Shown: positions 26,420-32,000 of the stretch, piece by piece
How the letters are laid out: each line of letters begins with the position of its first letter
Numbering within the stretch: position 1 is the first letter of the stretch
Made by a program: the position numbers and the translations under genes
Notes under the pieces: generated by a model
Databases searched by the model: none
What the model was told of the DNA's origin: nothing
The model's input: the letters and a program-made list of their open reading frames with translations, nothing else
Assembly: GCF_003231495.1 (NCBI RefSeq)
Contig: NZ_PQWO01000006.1
Location: forward strand, 150,001 to 182,000
Source: Acaryochloris thomasi RCC1774
Lineage (GTDB): Bacteria > Cyanobacteriota > Cyanobacteriia > Thermosynechococcales > Thermosynechococcaceae
Length of the DNA stretch: 32,000 bases
Reading direction: 5' to 3'

Positions 26420-29400
26420 ATGAAAAACTCCTCCATCTCTTCTTCTTCCAGCTCTTCGGAAGGGGTGGATTCCGGCAGCAAGATATTGGCAACTCTCAGC
26501 TTATGTAAGAGTTCCCCTGTTAGCTCCTGCAATGTACTGCCGCCGATCAGCTGCTCCATGGCAACGTCAATTTGGAGTTGACTTTGGAGGCGGGTCCTCA
26601 GCTCAACACCCATGAGGGAATCTAGGCCGAGGCGATTGAGAGAGTCTTTCGACTTGGGCCGTCGAGAGGCCGGTAATCCCAAAACCTCAGCAGATTGAAC
26701 CTGTAAGTATTTCAGGAGTAGCGAAAGACTCTCTTCTTCTGATGCTGTTTTTAGCTGCTGGAGTAGTTCATCGATCTGAATCGAGTCGCTTCCTTCTGCG
26801 CTAGCTGCTGCGGAAATAGGGCTCGCTAGCTCAGACAGCAGACTTGTATAGGCTTCTCCTGAAAAGCGCTGGATGAAGGTGGACCAGTTAACGGGCAAGA
26901 CACCGACATGGCTTCGGGACTCGGCAATCATCTGCTCTAGAGCCTGAAGCCCCTGTTCTACGGGAATGGAGCTGATGCCTTGAGAGGATAAGCGTGCGCG
27001 GTCTTGTTCGCTCATGCTGGCGGCCATGCCGACCTCTGCCCAGGGACCCCAGCTGAGGCTGAGTCCAGGCAGGCCTAGGGACTGGCGGTAGTGGGCGAGG
27101 GCATCCATGAAGGCGTTGGCGGCGGCGTAGTTGCCTTGACCTTGGGCACCTAAGAGGGCGGCAACGGAGGAGAAGAACACCATGAAGTCTAGAGGGTGTT
27201 TCTGAGTGAGCTTGTGCAAATGCCAGGCTCCGTTGACTTTGGGTTCCATTACTTCGAGGATGCGATCGCAACTCTGCGAAACTAGCAATCCATCATCGAT
27301 TACCCCAGCCGCATGAATAATCCCACGCAGCGCCGGATACGGTTCGATCTCTTTGAGGGTCCGCTCCACAGCTTCTGCTTTGGAAACATCAGCCGCGACC
27401 ACATGGACTTGAGTTCCCGCCTCCTGAAGCTGGTCGATGACAGCCTGGGCCGTTGGACTTGCGCCCCGGCGTCCGGTCAGAGCGACATGCTTAGCCCCTT
27501 GTTTTGAAAGCCACTTGGCAATTTCTAAACCTAAAGCGCCTAATCCACCTGTTACTAAGTAGGTCGCATCTTCCCGAACAACCTCGGTTTTTGTTGGAGA
27601 TTGAGGAGGCTGAGAAATCACAACCTTACCAATGTGCTTGGCCTGGGCCATAAATCGGAACGCGCCGATATAGTCCTGCATCGGAAAGGCCGTGAAAGGC
27701 AGCGGTCTCAGGGAGCCGTCCTGGAAAGCGGCCATCAGGACCGTCAGCATCTCTTTGATGCGGGCGGGCTGCGGAACGGCAATGTCGTCGCCGAGATCGT
27801 AGGGCATATAGTTGATGTCTTTGCCCAGTGCCTTGGCTTCCTCTTGCGTCCACAGGCCAATTTTGCCCAGCTCTAGGAACCGACCGCCGCGACCGATGGT
27901 GTCAAAGGTCTTGGTCATGAAGTCACCTGCCAAGCTGTTGAGGACAACATCGACGCCCTCTCCGTTAGTCAAGGACAGCACTTCGTCAGCAAAGTCCAGC
28001 GTGCGGGAGTTCATGACGTGCTGAACACCCATCGATTTAAGAAAGTCCCACTTGCCCGGGCTAGCGGTGGCAAATACTTCAGCTCCAGCTCTTTGGGCGA
28101 GTTGGACGGCAGCTTGACCGACGCCACCGGCTGCGGCATGGATGAGGATGCGATCGCCCGCTTTAATCTCAGCCAGGGTGTGCAGACCATAGTAGGCGGT
28201 CAGATAGTTGGTGGGGACTGTCGCGGCTTCTTCAAAGCTTAGTTCGACAGGTTTGGGAATCACGAACTGGGCGTCAGCAATCACGTGGCTGCTGAGACAG
28301 TTGGTTGCGATCGCAACAATCACTGCATCACCCACGGCAAAATCAGTAACGCCGTCGCCCACAGAGGTTACAGTGCCTGCACATTCATAACCGAATGGCA
28401 TATTCTCAGGGTCTTCTAGCCCCAGAGTCTTAAAGTAATCCTGCAGCTTGCCCAAGACCGTGAGCACATCTTTAAAGTTCAAGCCCGTTGCCTGGACCTT
28501 GACCTCCACCTGAGCCGGTCCAGGAGTGGGTCGCTGCAGCGGCTCTAGCGTTAAATTCTCTAAAATCCCGTATTCCTTGAGCTTGAGCTGGAACGGTTGC
28601 TCAGCCTTTTTCTGCTCAGTCCGGCGGACCAATCGGGCGGTGTAGCGAACGTCCTGTCGATAGGCGACTTGCTTCTCTAAATCAACGCCTGTCACTTCAG
28701 CCAACAACGCCTCAGCCTTATTTGCCGCAGCAAACGGATCAAGGTCCACCATCTTGCAGTGCAGCTCGGGATGTTCTAGAGCAATCACGCGCCCTAGCCC
28801 CCATAAAGGAGACTGCTGAACCTGAACAGATTCTGGAACTTGTCCCACAGCTTGTGCCCCAGCGGTCACGAGCCAAACCCCAGCAGAAACATTGGCCTGA
28901 CTGAGAGCCTGGACAAGGTGCAGAACGCCGCCACAGGTTTTAACCTGCGTTTTTTGAATCTCAGGCAACGTCAATGTGCTCACCGCTTTAGTCGCTTGAT
29001 CAAGGCTTCCGAGGTGAACGACGCCGTAGCCCCCCTCTCGCTTCAGGTCAAGATTACTCAGTAATTGCTGAACGTCCTCAGGTGCTTCTGGATTGACGGT
29101 GTAGCGATCACCCTGCCGACCGTAGGCTGACCCGCTGGCAATCAACTTGCAATGATGGCCTTTGTCCTGTAGTGAGGTGGCAAGATTCTCCCCTACCTGT
29201 GCCTGATCCATAAAAATGAGCCAGTTATTCGGGATCTTTGCTACATCGCCTGCGCCGACCTCTTGGGGTTCCCAAGCATACTCGTATAGCCAGTCTTCAA
29301 CATTCTGCTGTAGACTTCGCATCAACGCCTCACGGCTGGCTCGTCGCAACGCTAGATCTCGAATCCGAGCAACCACGTTTCCGTGATCGTCCAACAGCGT

Positions 29401-32000
29401 CAGCGTTGCAGTCAAACTTTGGTCATCTCGCTGGAGCTGCTCGGCATGGCACCAAAGATGCGTCTCTGGCGCGCGATAAAGATCTAGAGCGGCCAAACTG
29501 ACCGGAACGTAGGTGTCATCAGAGTCCTCGCCGGAGAAGAGGGCACCCACGACCTGGAGACAGGAATCTAAGAGGGCCGGGTGCAGTTTGAATTGCTTGA
29601 TTTCAGAGGCAACAGAAGCGGGTAGCTCAATTTCTCCTAAGACCTGCTGAGGCTGCGTCCAAAGCTGCTTCACACCCTGGAAGGTTTCACCGTAGCCAAT
29701 GCCCTGATCTGCAAACTTCTGGTAGTGAGCCGCCGCCGCAATTGTTTCAGTATGTGCTGCCTTCAGCGCCGTCAAATCAACGGGAGGTACTTCTAATTCC
29801 TGGGGGACTCGCACATTGCCAGAAGCATGTAACGTCCAAACAGGTTCGGTCTGCTTCAGTTCTTTGAGGCTAAACACCTGGAACGAATAGCTCTGATTGC
29901 CCTCGGCATTAAGAACACACTGAAGCGTCTGCGTCTCATCGTCCGACAGCGCTAGCGCCCGTTGAACCTTGACATCTTCAACGGCTAATGTCTCAGATTG
30001 AATCAGGCTGGAGCCAGCAGCCAGCGCCATTTCCAGGTATCCAGTGGCGGGCATCACCGCTGTCTCAAACAGACAGTGATCGTTCAGAAAAGCTGGGATC
30101 GCAGGACTAACCTGAGACTCAAAGCAAATGTTAGTCATCCCAGCTAGATGGAGGCGCTGCCCCAATAGCGGATGCATCGTTTGACTACGGGCATCACTGG
30201 GAAGAGCCTGTCCCTGTATTTTTGGTGCAGGATCAATCCAGTGACGGTGACGCTGGAACGGATAGGTCGGCAGCGGCACCCGGTAGCGCTGCTCATCAAC
30301 ATAGAAGCCAGCCCAGTCCAGCTTGACACCAGCCTGCCAGAGCTGACCGACGGTTTCGAGTACAAAGCCAACGTCTGAAGCTTCCTCTTTAGGATGGCGA
30401 ATGGAGGAAAGCACGACTCGCTCAGCTCCAGTCTGCTTGGAAGCCAGAGACTTCAGCATCCGTCCAGGACCAACTTCCAGAAGGACGCGCGTTTCATCCT
30501 CTAACAGTTCCTTGACTCCAGCGGTGAAGCGCACCGTGGATCGGAGATGGTTCGCCCAGTAGCTAGGATCAGTAGCTTCTGCATCTGTAATCCAAGTTCC
30601 CGTCACGTTTGAAATGTAGGGAATCTGAGGCGGATTGAGCTGCACCTGTCGCACCCGCTCAGTGAAAGGCTCCAGGATAGGATCCATCATGAAGGAGTGA
30701 AAAGCGTGGGATGTGTGCAGGGTTCGGAAGTCAATACTTTCGTCTTCCAGCTTCTGCTTGAGAGCATCAATAGCCTCTGCAGGTCCGGCCACGGTACATA
30801 GAGATGGAGCATTACTGGTCGCCAGAGCGAGCTGATCATTCAACAGTGCTTCGACTTCATCTTCTGGCAAGAAAACGGTCAGCATCGAGCCTGACGGCAG
30901 GGACTGCATCAACCGGCCCCGTTCTGCAACGAGCGCCAACGCTTCTTCTAGCGAGAAGACGCCCGCTAAGCAAGCCGCCGTATATTCGCCAATGCTGTGG
31001 CCAATCATGGCCTGCGGCTGAATGCCCCAAGCCATCCAGAGCTGAGCAACGGCATACTCTGTGACAAAGAGCGCAGGCTGAGTGATGTTAGTTTGCTTCA
31101 GGAGCTCGGTGTTGGCTGCAGCATCTCCCGAGGTGTTGTAAATGATTTCGCGTAGATCTAGGCCAAGGTGCGGCTCTAGGATTTCTGCGCAGCGATCGAC
31201 TGTTTCTCTGTAAACGCGCTCTGTTTCGTAGAGATCGCGGCCCATATTGACGTATTGAGCGCCCTGTCCCGACAGCATAAAGACAATCGAAGGCTGATGG
31301 GTGTCGGGGGCGTAGATGGCTTCTTCGGGTTCCCATGTGGTTAGGGTTGCGATCGCATCCTCCCCACGTTCACAAACCACTGCTGTCCGATATTCGAACG
31401 CTCGCCGACCCACCTTTGATGTGTAGGCAACATCAGCTAGATTTTCAATCGGAGTCTCACGTAGATAGATAGCAAAATTTTCAACCGCCGCCGCCAGAGC
31501 TTCCTCTGTCTTGCCAGAAAGCACCAATAGCTGCCAGGAACGAGATTCTCCAGAGGCATCTATCTTGGGTGATTCTTCCAGTACCGCATGGGCATTGGTA
31601 CCCCCGACCCCGAACGAGCTAAGCCCTGCCCGACGTGGACCCCCATTCGTCTCCCAAGGCAGCAGCTCTTTGTTGATGTAAAAAGGGCTGTTCTCTAGAT
31701 CAAGCTGAGGATTCGGTGTTTCAAAGTTGACAACTGGCGGAATCTGCTTGTGCTTGAGCGCCAAGGTCGCCTTAATTAAACCCGCAACGCCTGCCGCTCG
31801 ATTCAGATGACCAATATTGCTTTTGATAGATCCCAGGGCACAGAATCCCTGTTGTTCGGTTTGCTCACGAAAGACTTTGGTTAAAGCTGCCACCTCAATG
31901 GGATCGCCCATTTGGGTTCCTGTACCGTGGGTCTCAATGTAGGAAATACTCTCAGGCTCAACTCCAGCCAGAGCGTGAGCCTCAGCAACTACATCTGCTT
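26416..32000 (-). CDS. Type I polyketide synthase, 3' portion: KS(partial)-AT-DH-ER-KR-ACP plus an acidic C-terminal docking tail; the 5' end lies beyond the window
   Basis: The track ORF starts at Met 31911, but the frame stays open to 32000. Hand translation upstream gives ...ADVVAEAHALAGVEPESISYIETHGTGTQ-MGDPIE, so the gene continues off-window. Domain motifs are listed in the sub-features. It ends ...LPESTPSEELEEEEMEEFFI. Confidence 0.95.
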   Translation of the reverse strand, partial: ADVVAEAHALAGVEPESISYIETHGTGTQMGDPIEVAALTKVFREQTEQQGFCALGSIKSNIGHLNRAAGVAGLIKATLALKHKQIPPVVNFETPNPQLDLENSPFYINKELLPWETNGGPRRAGLSSFGVGGTNAHAVLEESPKIDASGESRSWQLLVLSGKTEEALAAAVENFAIYLRETPIENLADVAYTSKVGRRAFEYRTAVVCERGEDAIATLTTWEPEEAIYAPDTHQPSIVFMLSGQGAQYVNMGRDLYETERVYRETVDRCAEILEPHLGLDLREIIYNTSGDAAANTELLKQTNITQPALFVTEYAVAQLWMAWGIQPQAMIGHSIGEYTAACLAGVFSLEEALALVAERGRLMQSLPSGSMLTVFLPEDEVEALLNDQLALATSNAPSLCTVAGPAEAIDALKQKLEDESIDFRTLHTSHAFHSFMMDPILEPFTERVRQVQLNPPQIPYISNVTGTWITDAEATDPSYWANHLRSTVRFTAGVKELLEDETRVLLEVGPGRMLKSLASKQTGAERVVLSSIRHPKEEASDVGFVLETVGQLWQAGVKLDWAGFYVDEQRYRVPLPTYPFQRHRHWIDPAPKIQGQALPSDARSQTMHPLLGQRLHLAGMTNICFESQVSPAIPAFLNDHCLFETAVMPATGYLEMALAAGSSLIQSETLAVEDVKVQRALALSDDETQTLQCVLNAEGNQSYSFQVFSLKELKQTEPVWTLHASGNVRVPQELEVPPVDLTALKAAHTETIAAAAHYQKFADQGIGYGETFQGVKQLWTQPQQVLGEIELPASVASEIKQFKLHPALLDSCLQVVGALFSGEDSDDTYVPVSLAALDLYRAPETHLWCHAEQLQRDDQSLTATLTLLDDHGNVVARIRDLALRRASREALMRSLQQNVEDWLYEYAWEPQEVGAGDVAKIPNNWLIFMDQAQVGENLATSLQDKGHHCKLIASGSAYGRQGDRYTVNPEAPEDVQQLLSNLDLKREGGYGVVHLGSLDQATKAVSTLTLPEIQKTQVKTCGGVLHLVQALSQANVSAGVWLVTAGAQAVGQVPESVQVQQSPLWGLGRVIALEHPELHCKMVDLDPFAAANKAEALLAEVTGVDLEKQVAYRQDVRYTARLVRRTEQKKAEQPFQLKLKEYGILENLTLEPLQRPTPGPAQVEVKVQATGLNFKDVLTVLGKLQDYFKTLGLEDPENMPFGYECAGTVTSVGDGVTDFAVGDAVIVAIATNCLSSHVIADAQFVIPKPVELSFEEAATVPTNYLTAYYGLHTLAEIKAGDRILIHAAAGGVGQAAVQLAQRAGAEVFATASPGKWDFLKSMGVQHVMNSRTLDFADEVLSLTNGEGVDVVLNSLAGDFMTKTFDTIGRGGRFLELGKIGLWTQEEAKALGKDINYMPYDLGDDIAVPQPARIKEMLTVLMAAFQDGSLRPLPFTAFPMQDYIGAFRFMAQAKHIGKVVISQPPQSPTKTEVVREDATYLVTGGLGALGLEIAKWLSKQGAKHVALTGRRGASPTAQAVIDQLQEAGTQVHVVAADVSKAEAVERTLKEIEPYPALRGIIHAAGVIDDGLLVSQSCDRILEVMEPKVNGAWHLHKLTQKHPLDFMVFFSSVAALLGAQGQGNYAAANAFMDALAHYRQSLGLPGLSLSWGPWAEVGMAASMSEQDRARLSSQGISSIPVEQGLQALEQMIAESRSHVGVLPVNWSTFIQRFSGEAYTSLLSELASPISAAASAEGSDSIQIDELLQQLKTASEEESLSLLLKYLQVQSAEVLGLPASRRPKSKDSLNRLGLDSLMGVELRTRLQSQLQIDVAMEQLIGGSTLQELTGELLHKLRVANILLPESTPSEELEEEEMEEFFI
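26419..26478 (-). other. PKS C-terminal acidic docking tail
   Basis: LPESTPSEELEEEEMEEFFI is an acidic run ending in hydrophobic residues. Short linear motifs of this kind are bound by TubC_N/beta-hairpin docking domains. Confidence 0.6.
26530..26760 (-). other. PKS acyl carrier protein domain (approximate)
   Basis: LNRLGLDSLMGVELRTRL; phosphopantetheinyl Ser codon at 26617-26619. Confidence 0.85.
26990..27575 (-). other. PKS ketoreductase catalytic domain, B-type-like (approximate)
   Basis: Rossmann motif YLVTGGLGALGLEIAKWL; HAAGVIDDGLL (an IDD variant of the LDD B-type marker); FSSVAALLGAQGQGNYAAANAFMD (Tyr codon 27127-27129). Confidence 0.85.
27615..28600 (-). other. PKS enoylreductase domain (approximate)
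   Basis: MDR-type fold with NADPH motif LIHAAAGGVGQAAVQLAQRAGAEVFATAS (about 28114-28140). Confidence 0.85.
29350..30176 (-). other. PKS dehydratase domain (approximate)
   Basis: HPLLGQRL N-terminus; LNDHCLFETAVMPATGYLEMA (His codon 30076-30078, with E in place of the usual G in H-x-x-x-G-x-x-x-x-P); GYGETFQG; LHPALLDSCLQ (D-x-x-x-Q). Confidence 0.8.
30400..31290 (-). other. PKS acyltransferase domain, predicted malonyl-CoA specific (approximate)
   Basis: FMLSGQGAQY; GHSIGE (Ser codon 30994-30996); HAFHS (30694-30708). The HAFH motif is the established malonyl-specific signature, whereas YASH indicates methylmalonyl. Confidence 0.85.
31565..32000 (-). other. PKS ketosynthase domain, C-terminal part
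   Basis: HGTGT (31915-31929), NIGHLNRAAG, and GTNAHAVLEE at the domain end. Confidence 0.9.

Noticed and set aside
26888-31336. Many 60-127-aa ORFs on both strands inside the PKS gene (for example 26888..27271, 27601..27876, 30804..31064)
   Set aside because: They are out-of-frame or antisense ORFs in GC-rich coding DNA, Arg/Pro/Ser-rich, and lack motifs. The continuous 1831-aa PKS frame with ordered domains explains the region.
1-32000. Mobile elements, CRISPR arrays, tRNA/rRNA genes and defence systems
   Set aside because: I saw no transposase- or integrase-like ORF, no regularly spaced direct repeats, and no tRNA-like or rRNA-like sequence. The only dispersed repeat is the 8-bp HIP1 palindrome.

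Overview
Cyanobacterial-type chromosomal DNA; I found 12 copies of the HIP1 octamer GCGATCGC by eye. The left ~3.6 kb is housekeeping: a 5' portion of uvrB running off the window, a small membrane protein, a DUF2993-like protein, and a short ORF that looks like the C-terminal remnant of an ABC1/UbiB-type kinase. An ~890-nt non-coding stretch follows, then a ~27.5-kb accessory locus. That locus has a plus-strand Wzc-like co-polymerase/BY-kinase gene converging on 14 co-directional minus-strand genes that run to the window end. In transcription order (32000 down to 7159) these are:
- a type I PKS whose visible part is KS(partial)-AT-DH-ER-KR-ACP with an acidic C-terminal docking tail
- two paralogous 903-aa adenylation-less docking-C-T-TE proteins
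- two paralogous heparan-sulfate-type sulfotransferases
- a fused ABC exporter
- an orphan protein with degenerate sulfotransferase-like motifs
- a GT2, a GT4, a SULT-type sulfotransferase and three more GT-B glycosyltransferases
- a Wzy/O-antigen-ligase-like membrane protein

The main candidate for something new is this fusion of a lipid-making PKS/C-T-TE unit with a glycan-assembly and multi-sulfation toolkit. It suggests a sulfated acyl-glycan (sulfoglycolipid or lipid-anchored sulfated EPS). No tRNA, rRNA, CRISPR array or transposase was recognised. All family calls rest on motifs read by eye, no database search was possible, and domain coordinates are approximate.
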